The position numbers and the translations under genes were made by a program. DNA of 64,000 bases from NCBI GenBank assembly GCA_041690355.1, contig JAWLHK010000005.1, forward strand, positions 124,001-188,000, read 5' to 3'. This document shows, piece by piece, positions 56,226-64,000 of the stretch (position 1 is its first letter; each line of letters begins with the position of its first letter). The notes under the pieces were generated by a model that was not told the DNA's origin, ran no database searches, and worked only from the letters and a program-made list of their open reading frames with translations. This stretch comes from a bacterium (GTDB lineage Bacteria; J088; JAWLBW01).

Positions 56226-57659
56226 CTACGGGCACACGCCGCCATTTGCTTCAACGTTGTACTCAGAAGCGCTCACCGAATAGGAGACAGCCAACGCATA
56301 ATCCTGGCAAAGGCTGTTGTTCGAGGCGATGGCAAGAGTATCCCCGACAGTGGTCAGATTTGGGAAGTCGAGGGTGGTGAGAGCTGGATTTCCAGCGATA
56401 CCGAAATTCCCCCCAACCGTCTGAGCCTCCAGCGAAATCGAGATAAGCGCCTGGTTGAAGTAGACCATGGCATCCCCCGCGATCCAGGTGGCGGGCAGAC
56501 TGAAATCGGCCATCACGTCGTTCTGCATGAACGTAAGGTTGCCATCAATCCGGCTGACAGGTAGGTCCGCCACCTCCAGAACCGGATTCTGAAAAAGATG
56601 CACGATGGCGGTCGGTGTACCCGTCACCGGCAAACTGATGGCAAGCAGGCTTTCATTGCCGTTGATAACCACGCCCCCCACCGATGTCGCCGGCAAAGAA
56701 AATCCCGTGAACGCGGTTTCAACAAGCTGCAGCCATCCGCCGACGCGCTCGACCGGGAGTGTGACATCAAGCAGCATCGGGGTCTTCTCGAACGCCAGGT
56801 CGTCGCGGACATCGACCAGCGGCATGCGGAACTGCGTCAACACGGGATTGAGTCGGATCACGACGTCATTCGCAGTTGTAACCGGCATATCGACGGTCGT
56901 CAGGGCAGGGTTGTCCTCGATCTTCAACGCGCCGCCCACCGATTCGAGCGGGTAGTCAAGTGTCGTCAACGAGAGCCCGCTGAATATCGCGTCGCCACCC
57001 ACCCGGACGAGCGGCACCTCGAACACAGAAAGCGCCGGGTTGTTCTGCACGCGCAGAAAACCGGGGAGTTCCGCAATCCCCAGCTGCAGTCGAACCAGGG
57101 TCGAGTTACCGACGACTTCCAGGTCAGCGACCCGCAAAAGCCCCGGCAAAAGCACTTCGGTCAACCCATTGGAGGCAATGGAAAGCCGTCCGGTAACCGT
57201 GGTCACGCCGGCGAGAAAAGCGACGTCGATGGAATTCTCGATGGTGTACGAGCCGAAGAGAATGCCGTCCAAGGCAATCCCGTTTCCCGTCATGCCGCTC
57301 CAGGTGACATGGGTGCCGTCGGTGCACGTCATCGTGTACGTTCCGTCGCCATTGTCGGCCACGCTGCACGAGGAGCCGTCTTCGCCGTCGGCGCCCGGTG
57401 TTCCCGAATCTCCCTTTTGCCCTGCGGGGCCGTCGGCACCATCCTGCCCGTTCGTCCCGTCTGCACCATCGGTCCACGTGGCGCTCGTCCCGTCGGGGCA
57501 CGTCATCGTATAGGTTCCATCGCCGTTACCCTTGACCGAGCAGTGACCGATGATCTGCGGCGTGTCGTCCAGGGGGTTCGGGCCATCGCCCTCCAGGGAT
57601 ACCGTGGGCGAGCAGGCACTGAGGAAGAGTGCCGCTGACAATACAAGGCGTGTTTTCAT
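56226..57659 (-). CDS. Surface lipoprotein with collagen-like G-X-Y repeats and receptor-L-domain/LRR-like repeats
   Basis: Lipobox LSAC; two CSV..NGDGTYTMTC.DGT modules flanking GADGTNGQDG repeats; many VGG.L.I..NP.L repeats. Confidence 0.8.
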   Translation of the reverse strand: MKTRLVLSAALFLSACSPTVSLEGDGPNPLDDTPQIIGHCSVKGNGDGTYTMTCPDGTSATWTDGADGTNGQDGADGPAGQKGDSGTPGADGEDGSSCSVADNGDGTYTMTCTDGTHVTWSGMTGNGIALDGILFGSYTIENSIDVAFLAGVTTVTGRLSIASNGLTEVLLPGLLRVADLEVVGNSTLVRLQLGIAELPGFLRVQNNPALSVFEVPLVRVGGDAIFSGLSLTTLDYPLESVGGALKIEDNPALTTVDMPVTTANDVVIRLNPVLTQFRMPLVDVRDDLAFEKTPMLLDVTLPVERVGGWLQLVETAFTGFSLPATSVGGVVINGNESLLAISLPVTGTPTAIVHLFQNPVLEVADLPVSRIDGNLTFMQNDVMADFSLPATWIAGDAMVYFNQALISISLEAQTVGGNFGIAGNPALTTLDFPNLTTVGDTLAIASNNSLCQDYALAVSYSVSASEYNVEANGGVCP

Positions 57660-57789
57660 TGGTACGGTCTCTGAATGGAGGTGGGGTCCGGCCTTAGACA
57701 GGCAGGTCACCTGGCGGCCGGGAGTTTCCTGACCGTATCACTCAGCAGAATGGCTGTCAACAGATGGCGTCTGCAGTCCGGTGCGTTCT

Positions 57790-58054
57790 TCATCGGAAGC
57801 GCAGTGCCACCGGCCGATCAAGAGTCGGGCGCGGTCATGCGCCTCGTCACGGGAGAGCCGCTTCGCGGCCGTCCCCCCGCGCATGGTTCGAACAGAGCGT
57901 CGAGTTGCGCCACCCGCTCGGTGTGCATGCAGGTTGGCTTCAGTGTCTTCAGGTAGTCGCGCAGCAGAGCGGCAACCGAGGTATTGCGCTCGGCGGCGAC
58001 AGCGCGAAGGTGCCGGCACAGGTCGTCGTCGAGGAGAATTGAAAGTCGCTTCAC
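57790..58054 (-). pseudogene. Frameshifted ribbon-helix-helix antitoxin with a remnant of a toxin start
   Basis: VKRLSILLDDDL....R..AAERNTSVAALLRDYL; the expected tail LSRDEAHDR lies in another frame. Confidence 0.55.
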
Positions 58055-58200
58055 CTTTCCAGAATCTATCAGGTCCTCGCTCCCGTCAAACGGAATCCGG
58101 AACTGTCGGGAAGGGGGACCCACCCACCGCCTTGCACCCGCCCGCCCCCCCTTGGCATAATTGATTGACTCGTCAATCAACTCTCCGGAGAGGTGACCCC

Positions 58201-60546
58201 GTGAACCGCCTGGAAACCCCTCGCCTGCGCGTCCTGGTCTTGACCGCCGGCCTGCTCACCGCCCTCGCCTACGCTCCCACGGCGCAGGCCGAAGTCTCGA
58301 CGTTCGGCATCACCCCCACGGCCGGCGCGATCGGCGACGGGCGTCTCACGGCTCAGGTTTCGCAGGAAGGGACCCTCATCTGTCTGCGGTGGCCCAACGC
58401 CACCTTCTACGAACACCTCAAGTACAAGACGGGCTTCTGGAGCGACACTCCGTCTGAAAGTGCGTGGACACAGCCGTACTTCGGCGCCGGCGAGAGCGAT
58501 GGGGTCTTCGCGGGTATCCGCTACAGCACCGGCGCCACGGCCGAAACGCGCTGGCTGCGCGACGCAAAGCCCACCTTCCGCTATGCAAGCGAAACGTCGA
58601 ACCGCCTCGTCGCCACCTACACGTTCTTCGACGGCCTGACGGTCGAAGAGGAAACCTTCAACGTTCCCGATCGTCCTTTCCTCGTACGGCTTTACCGGCT
58701 GAAAGCGGCCCCCGCCGGCCTCTCCGATTTCCACATCGTCGCCTACGCGAACCCCGCCCTGCGCAAGGAACACGGCGTCTACGCCCCCATCGGCGACTAT
58801 GAGGAAGATGCGGAGCCGCGCTACGGCACCTTCGCCCTCCCCGACCGCGAGGCCGTGCTGACCGCCCTCCCCGGCCTCACCCCGAACCGGGGTCCGGTCG
58901 AAGCGCTCGAAGGCGCTCCGGCGGCCGAAGTCGCCGCGTTCGTCGATGGTCAGGCCGAGGCCTGGGGCGAAGGGATCTACATGGCCCAGGGGGCCTCGGT
59001 CTCGCTCAGCGGATTCCAGGTGGGCACCGACGCGGGCGTCGATCCGAGCGGACCCGAAGATGCCTATCGCGACGCCGCCGACGGTGAACTGAGCGGAAAT
59101 TCTGCCGTGGCGAACCTGGAAACGACCGCGCTCATGTTTCCCCTCAACACCGACACGCCCGTCGCCTGGTACGCGGCGTTCGGCACGCGCAGCACCGAAG
59201 CCCTCGCGGCCCTCGCCGAGGCGCAGACGGCATCGCCGGAGGAGCTGGCCGAGGCGAGCGACGCCTGGTGGGCCGACTTCCTCTCGACCGCCCTGCTCCC
59301 CACCGAGGCGCGGGCCCGCGCGGCGAGCCACCGGGCGCTCATCAGCCTGCGCACGGGGATGGACCCCGAGAGCGGCGCCATCGTGGCCTCGACCAGCTGC
59401 CAGCCGCCGTACAACGTGGACTGGCCGCGCGACGGCGCCTTCTTCCAGTTCGTGCTGAACATGAACGGCTTCACGGCCGCAGCCGATCGGCACGCCCGCT
59501 TCTACCCGAACATCCAGTACACCGAAGAAGGTCAGGGGCTCTATCCGAAAGACAAGGTCGGCCGGTTCCCCATGAACGCGTTCGCCGACTACGTGCCCGG
59601 CGGCCCCATCGACTGGGAGATCGACAACACCGGCTTCGCGCTCTGGACCTACCGCATCCACGCCGGCTTTCTGAGCCAGGAAGATCCGGCCGAGGCGCGC
59701 CGCTTCATGGAGGATATTGCGGAATCGGCCCAGCTCGCGGCCGACCTGCTCACCGAGTGCAAGGACGAGTCGAACAACCTCCAATGCCCCGCCAACGAAG
59801 ACGACAACCCGGGCTACGCGCAGACCCTGCACGGCGCCATCACGACATGGCTCGGCCTGCGCTCGGCCGCGGAAATCTTTGAGGCTCTCGGGCGGAATGG
59901 GCTGGCCGAAAAATACCGGGCCCGCGTGGCCGAGCTGGATGCGGCCATCCGCGAAAACTTCGACCCCTCGAAGGGGGCCGGCATTCATGCCCAGCAGCTG
60001 GCCTGGTCGTACTGGCCGGCAGGCTTCTGGACCGAGGCCGACGGGGATACGAACCAATTTGCTTCCAGCGGAATGATCGAGCGCTTCTCGACGGGCAAGG
60101 AGTCGCTCTTCGACCCGAAGTCCCGCGGGTCGCAGTACTCGCAGAAGTCGGCCATCTCGCTACAGCTGCCGCCGCTGCGGGATCCGTCGAGCCTCGAAGC
60201 CGTACGCAAGGTGAACGAATTCTACGTCACCACGATGATGCGTCAGGACACGCTGCACATGGGCGAGTTCACGAACTTCATCGATCTCGACGGCGACGGC
60301 ACGAAGGAGTACATCAACTACGTGGCGACCCCGCACATCTGGGCGCAGTCGCTGGTCTACCTCTCGCTCATCGCGGCGGAATACCCGGAGAAGCTCCAGG
60401 TCCCCGCCATCCGCACGGTTCCCCCGGCAGAAGACGAAGGAGCGGGATGCGCCTGCGGCACGGCGGGCGGCCCGGGCGGCGCGCTTCCGCTGCTCGTGGC
60501 GGCACTCGGGTTCCTCACGCGGTCGCGGCGGCGCCGCCATTCCTGA
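58201..60546 (+). CDS. Secreted GH15-like glycoside hydrolase with a MYXO-CTERM-like anchor
   Basis: Signal peptide; SGAIVAS...PPY..DWPRDG; EID.TG; C-terminal GCAC...hydrophobic...RRRR. Confidence 0.8.
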   Translation: MNRLETPRLRVLVLTAGLLTALAYAPTAQAEVSTFGITPTAGAIGDGRLTAQVSQEGTLICLRWPNATFYEHLKYKTGFWSDTPSESAWTQPYFGAGESDGVFAGIRYSTGATAETRWLRDAKPTFRYASETSNRLVATYTFFDGLTVEEETFNVPDRPFLVRLYRLKAAPAGLSDFHIVAYANPALRKEHGVYAPIGDYEEDAEPRYGTFALPDREAVLTALPGLTPNRGPVEALEGAPAAEVAAFVDGQAEAWGEGIYMAQGASVSLSGFQVGTDAGVDPSGPEDAYRDAADGELSGNSAVANLETTALMFPLNTDTPVAWYAAFGTRSTEALAALAEAQTASPEELAEASDAWWADFLSTALLPTEARARAASHRALISLRTGMDPESGAIVASTSCQPPYNVDWPRDGAFFQFVLNMNGFTAAADRHARFYPNIQYTEEGQGLYPKDKVGRFPMNAFADYVPGGPIDWEIDNTGFALWTYRIHAGFLSQEDPAEARRFMEDIAESAQLAADLLTECKDESNNLQCPANEDDNPGYAQTLHGAITTWLGLRSAAEIFEALGRNGLAEKYRARVAELDAAIRENFDPSKGAGIHAQQLAWSYWPAGFWTEADGDTNQFASSGMIERFSTGKESLFDPKSRGSQYSQKSAISLQLPPLRDPSSLEAVRKVNEFYVTTMMRQDTLHMGEFTNFIDLDGDGTKEYINYVATPHIWAQSLVYLSLIAAEYPEKLQVPAIRTVPPAEDEGAGCACGTAGGPGGALPLLVAALGFLTRSRRRRHS

Positions 60547-60760
60547 TGCCTGATCAATCTTGTCCAAAACAGGTTCATCGCGTGACCGTTCGCCCTGAGG
60601 AGCCGGGCCTTGGACGAACAAGACTCCATGAATCGGCAGGGTCTGACGAGCACGTCCACACCGGCGTCTCGAAGGGCCAGCGCCACATGAAGAGCGTGTT
60701 CGGGAGCTCGAAAACCCGCCATTGACTATGTCTTTGAGCAAGGTCGCGCCGCCACTCTGG

Positions 60761-60845
60761 CCCCTCGACGGGCTCGGGGCGAACGGTTATCCATAGACGT
60801 CACGGACTGACGACTGAAGACTGAAGACTGAAGACTCTCGACTCG
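60761..60845. repeat. REP-like half palindrome plus GACTGAA 7-mer array
   Basis: cccctcgacgggctcggggcgaacgg at 60761-60786; ggactga cgactga agactga agactga agactct cgactcg at 60804-60845. Confidence 0.7.
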
Positions 60846-60851
60846 TCCGAT

Positions 60852-62102
60852 CTACCCCTGCGTCAGGAAATACGTATAGTCCATCCCCTCCGTCCGCGGG
60901 AGGTTCTCGGGGTCGACGGGGGGAATCGGGTAGCGGTGGCGTACGACGGCAAAGGCATCGATGGCCTGCTGCAGCTGGGCGCGCGTGAGCGCCGGGGTCA
61001 CACTCGTTCGGATGAGCGCCTGGCCGTAGGGAACAGCAGGATACATGACCGGGGTCGTGAAGACGCCGAGTTCGAGCAGATCCTTGCAGATGCGGAAGCT
61101 GAGCGACTCTGACCCGACAAACGCCGGAATAATCGGCGTGCGCGAACCCATCGTGAACCAGCCGAGCCGCTCGAGCCCCTGCTTGAGAAAAGCCGCGTTG
61201 GCGGCGAGCCGCTCGAACATCTCGTCGTCTTCCTGCATGACGCGCAGGGCCGCCAGCGCCGCCGCTGCCGAGGCCGGCGGAAGCCCCGCCGTGAACATGA
61301 ACGTGCGCGCGCGATGCCGCAGATAATCGATGACGCGGGCCTCGCCGACGACGAATCCGCCGACGCTCGCAAAGCTCTTGCTGAAGGTCCCGAAGAGCAG
61401 ATCGACGTCGTCGAGCAGCCCCTGCTCGGCCGCCGTGCCGCGCCCCTGCGGGCCCAGCACGCCGATGCCGTGCGCGTCGTCGAGGTACAGGCGAAAGCCG
61501 TACTGCTTCTGCAAATCCGCAAAGGGGCGCAGATCGGACACGCGTCCGGTCATGGAAAATATTCCCTCGGTCACGACCAGCGCGTGACTCCAGTCGGCCT
61601 GCCCGGCCAGCTTCGCGCGCAGATCGTCGGGGCTGCGAAAGATGCGCACCTCGCCCCGCACCCGCTGCAGCCCTTCGATGATGCTTGCGTGGTTGTCGGC
61701 GTCCGAAAAGATGACGACGTCGGGATCATCCGCCAGCAGCGTGAGCGTCCCCGCATTGGCGAGAAATCCGGCGGAAAAGACGAGCGCCGCCTCCTTGTGG
61801 AAAAACGCCGCGAGCTCCTTTTCCAAGGTATCGTGAAGGGCAAGATTACCGTTGAGGAAGCGCGACCCTGTGCATCCGGTTCCGTACCGGTCGATGGCCT
61901 CGTGTGCCGCACGCAGAACGTCGGGATGGTGCGTGAGCCCGAGGTAGTTGTTCGAGCCGAGCATGACGACCTCGCGCCCGTTGCAGCGCACGGTCGGCCC
62001 GTCCGAACCCTCCAGGGCCTGGAAGTAGGGATAGAGTCCGGATTGGCGAACGAGTTCCGCATCGTGGAAGTCGTAGCACCGCTGGAAGACGTCTTTGCCC
62101 AT
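60852..62102 (-). CDS. Alpha-oxoamine synthase, serine palmitoyltransferase-like
   Basis: GLYPYF N-terminus, GSNNYLGL, GTGCTGSRFLNG, NHASI, DDAHG, GTFSKS (PLP lysine). Confidence 0.85.
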   Translation of the reverse strand: MGKDVFQRCYDFHDAELVRQSGLYPYFQALEGSDGPTVRCNGREVVMLGSNNYLGLTHHPDVLRAAHEAIDRYGTGCTGSRFLNGNLALHDTLEKELAAFFHKEAALVFSAGFLANAGTLTLLADDPDVVIFSDADNHASIIEGLQRVRGEVRIFRSPDDLRAKLAGQADWSHALVVTEGIFSMTGRVSDLRPFADLQKQYGFRLYLDDAHGIGVLGPQGRGTAAEQGLLDDVDLLFGTFSKSFASVGGFVVGEARVIDYLRHRARTFMFTAGLPPASAAAALAALRVMQEDDEMFERLAANAAFLKQGLERLGWFTMGSRTPIIPAFVGSESLSFRICKDLLELGVFTTPVMYPAVPYGQALIRTSVTPALTRAQLQQAIDAFAVVRHRYPIPPVDPENLPRTEGMDYTYFLTQG

Positions 62103-62229
62103 GCACCCTCCTTCTACAAGCATAGGTCCATTCGCGCCGCGATTGAACCCGCACGGGGTTGACTGTCTGGCGGGGGGTTGGCTAGGCTGGACAAGGCCCG
62201 GCCGATCCCTCTCGTGAAAGGACCCTGTC

Positions 62230-63087
62230 ATGGCAGACGCACAGACGATGGACGCATTCCCCCGTCCGGCCACGGGCGGGCGCACGGTCTTCATCACGGG
62301 GGCCGGCAACGGCATCGGGGCCGCCCTCGCCCGCCACTTCGCCGCCCGGGGCGACGCGGTGATCGGCACCGTGCGCGACGCTGAACGGGCACGGCGTTTG
62401 ACTGCGGAGGCGCGCGAGCAGGGTCTGGGGATCGCCTACGTACCGCTCGAGCTGGCCGACGCCGCCTCGGTCGACGCCTGCGCAGAGTGCCTCCCCGCCG
62501 AGGTGGACGTGCTCATCCACAATGCGGGCTTCGGGCTCTTCGGTTCGGTCGAGGAGGCCCAGGAAGAGGACGTGCGCCTGCAGTTCGAGGCGCACCTGTT
62601 CGGCCCCCTGCGTCTTACGCAGCGGCTGCTCCCCGGGCTGCGGAAGCGCAAGGGGCGCATCCTGTGGGTCGGCAGTCTGGCCGGACGCTTCGCCGTCCCC
62701 TACCAGGCCCACTATTCAGCCACGAAGGCGGCTATCGCCTCGATCAGCGACGCCATGCGCATGGAGCTGCGGCCGTTCGGCGTCCAGGTGAGCTGTGTGG
62801 AGCCGGGAGATTTCAACACGGGCTTCACGGGCGCCCGCCGCCGCACGGCCTCTAAGGGTTCCCCCTACGCGGAATGGGAAGCGCGCTCCTTCGCGGCCGC
62901 CGAGAAGACCGAGCGGGAAGCCCCGGATCCCGAGGCGCTCTTGCGGGCCGTCGAACGGCTGACGCGGATGCGCCGCATGCCCCCCCGCCTCCCCGTGGGC
63001 CGCTTCGCCCGCACCCTCGTTTTCCTCCAGCGCCTCCTGCCCGATGCGTTGCGGGAACGGATCGTGCGGGGGATTTACCATCAATGA
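62230..63087 (+). CDS. Short-chain dehydrogenase/reductase
   Basis: TGAGNGIG, HNAG, YSATK, VEPGDFNT. Confidence 0.9.
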   Translation: MADAQTMDAFPRPATGGRTVFITGAGNGIGAALARHFAARGDAVIGTVRDAERARRLTAEAREQGLGIAYVPLELADAASVDACAECLPAEVDVLIHNAGFGLFGSVEEAQEEDVRLQFEAHLFGPLRLTQRLLPGLRKRKGRILWVGSLAGRFAVPYQAHYSATKAAIASISDAMRMELRPFGVQVSCVEPGDFNTGFTGARRRTASKGSPYAEWEARSFAAAEKTEREAPDPEALLRAVERLTRMRRMPPRLPVGRFARTLVFLQRLLPDALRERIVRGIYHQ

Positions 63088-63101
63088 CAGCCTGACCCCT
63101 A

Positions 63102-63707
63102 CCGTTCGTGTCGAGCCGACAGTGGAAGGCAGAGCCTGGAACAACGGCGAGACAGCTCCGTGCGTACCCAGGCGGGCCCCTCGCTGTCGCGCTTCGCCCT
63201 GCTTCGCGCCGTCAGCTCGGGACGAACGGGAATGGCGTGATGCTTCCCAGCAGCTCCCTACCGTTCGTGTCGAGCCGACGGTGGAAGGCAGAGCCTGGAA
63301 CGACGGCGAGACAGCCCCGTGCGTACCCAGGCGGGTCCCTCGCTGTCGCGCTTCGCCCTGCTTCGCGCCGTCAGCTCGGGACGAACGGGAATGGCGTGAT
63401 GCTTCCCAGCAGCTCCCTACCGTTCGTGTCGAGCCGACGGTGGAAGGCAGAGCCTGGAACGACGGCGAGACAGCCCCGTGACGTACCCAGGCGGGCCCCT
63501 CGCTGTCGCGCTTCGCCCTGCTTCGCGCCGTCAGCTCGGGACGAACGGGAATGGCGTGATGCTTCCCAGTAGCTCCCGACCGTTCGTGTCGAGCCGACGG
63601 TGGAAGGCAGAGCCTGGAACGACGGCGAGACAGCCCCGTGCGTACCCAGGCGGGCCCCTCGCTGTCGCGCTTCGCCCTGCTTCGCGCCGTCAGCTCGGGA
63701 CGAACGG
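63102..63707 (+). repeat. Tandem array of four family A hairpin elements (128-129 bp) with near-identical 31-bp linkers; period 159-160 bp
   Basis: Units start at 63102, 63261, 63420 and 63580; linker gaatggcgtgatgcttcccagcagctcccta. Confidence 0.95.
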
Positions 63708-63734
63708 TGCCCACCAGCGCCCACTGCCCCCCAG

Positions 63735-63763
63735 TTGCCACGCTCGACCAAACGGTGCACAAT
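63735..63763 (+). promoter_or_regulatory. Sigma70 promoter of purT (near-leaderless)
   Basis: TTGCCA-N17-CACAAT, 9 nt before ATG, no Shine-Dalgarno. Confidence 0.55.
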
Positions 63764-63772
63764 TGATCCCCC

Positions 63773-64000
63773 ATGTCACGCATCGGCACCCCCCTGCGCA
63801 AAGGCGCAACCAGAATGCTCCTGCTCGGCGCCGGCGAACTCGGGAAAGAGGTCGCCCTCGAGGCCATGCGCCTCGGCGTCGAAGTCGTCGCCTGCGACCG
63901 CTACGCCGATGCCCCGGCCATGCAGATCGCCCACCGGTCGCATGTCTTCGACATGCTCGACGCCGGCCAGGTGCGCAGCATCATCCTGCGCGAACAACCC
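63773..64000 (+). CDS. purT: Formate-dependent phosphoribosylglycinamide formyltransferase, 3'-truncated
   Basis: [53 protein letters not shown]; absent from the supplied ORF track because it runs off the window. Confidence 0.95.
   Translation, partial: MSRIGTPLRKGATRMLLLGAGELGKEVALEAMRLGVEVVACDRYADAPAMQIAHRSHVFDMLDAGQVRSIILREQP

Noticed and set aside
60852-62102. bioF assignment
   Set aside because: No biotin operon context and the N-terminus looks more SPT-like; the symbol is left blank pending phylogeny.
63102-63707. CRISPR array
   Set aside because: The repeat is 128 bp, the 31-bp linkers are nearly identical rather than unique spacers, and no cas genes are in the window.
62716-63867. 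ORFs running through the repeat arrays (also 26502-26771, 49031-49883, 51017-51255, 52206-52756)
   Set aside because: Translations of non-coding repeats; no RBS, low-complexity products, and the frame is broken by the indel in unit 3.

Overview
High-GC bacterial chromosomal segment, probably from a Myxococcota/deltaproteobacteria-like lineage (inferred from a MYXO-CTERM-like sorting tail, a TPR+cNMP protein and many orphan lipoproteins). Most of it is housekeeping: polA, metH, pyrD, trxC, rplM-rpsI, argC-kdsB-pyrG, amt, greA, pyrR-pyrB-pyrC-carA-(ORF)-carB, recQ, a ROK kinase, a mutase B12-binding subunit with meaB, comM, an spt-like gene with a divergent SDR, and a partial purT. No rRNA, tRNA, CRISPR array, integrase or transposase was recognised. 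The unexplained signal is mostly intergenic. (1) A ~112-129 bp long-hairpin element (CCGTTCG...CGAACGG) occurs at six loci, including a 4x tandem array at 63.1-63.7 kb; its stems are retained while the intervening sequence diverges. (2) Many degenerate 7-mer tandem arrays flank these elements with fixed polarity. (3) A second nested-palindrome composite element lies at 49.2 and 52.3 kb. (4) A two-gene HEPN-like cassette downstream of the comM operon is bracketed by 35-bp hairpin direct repeats. (5) A tandem palindromic operator sits upstream of comM. (6) Several genes appear leaderless. All calls come from reading motifs by eye; no database searches were run.
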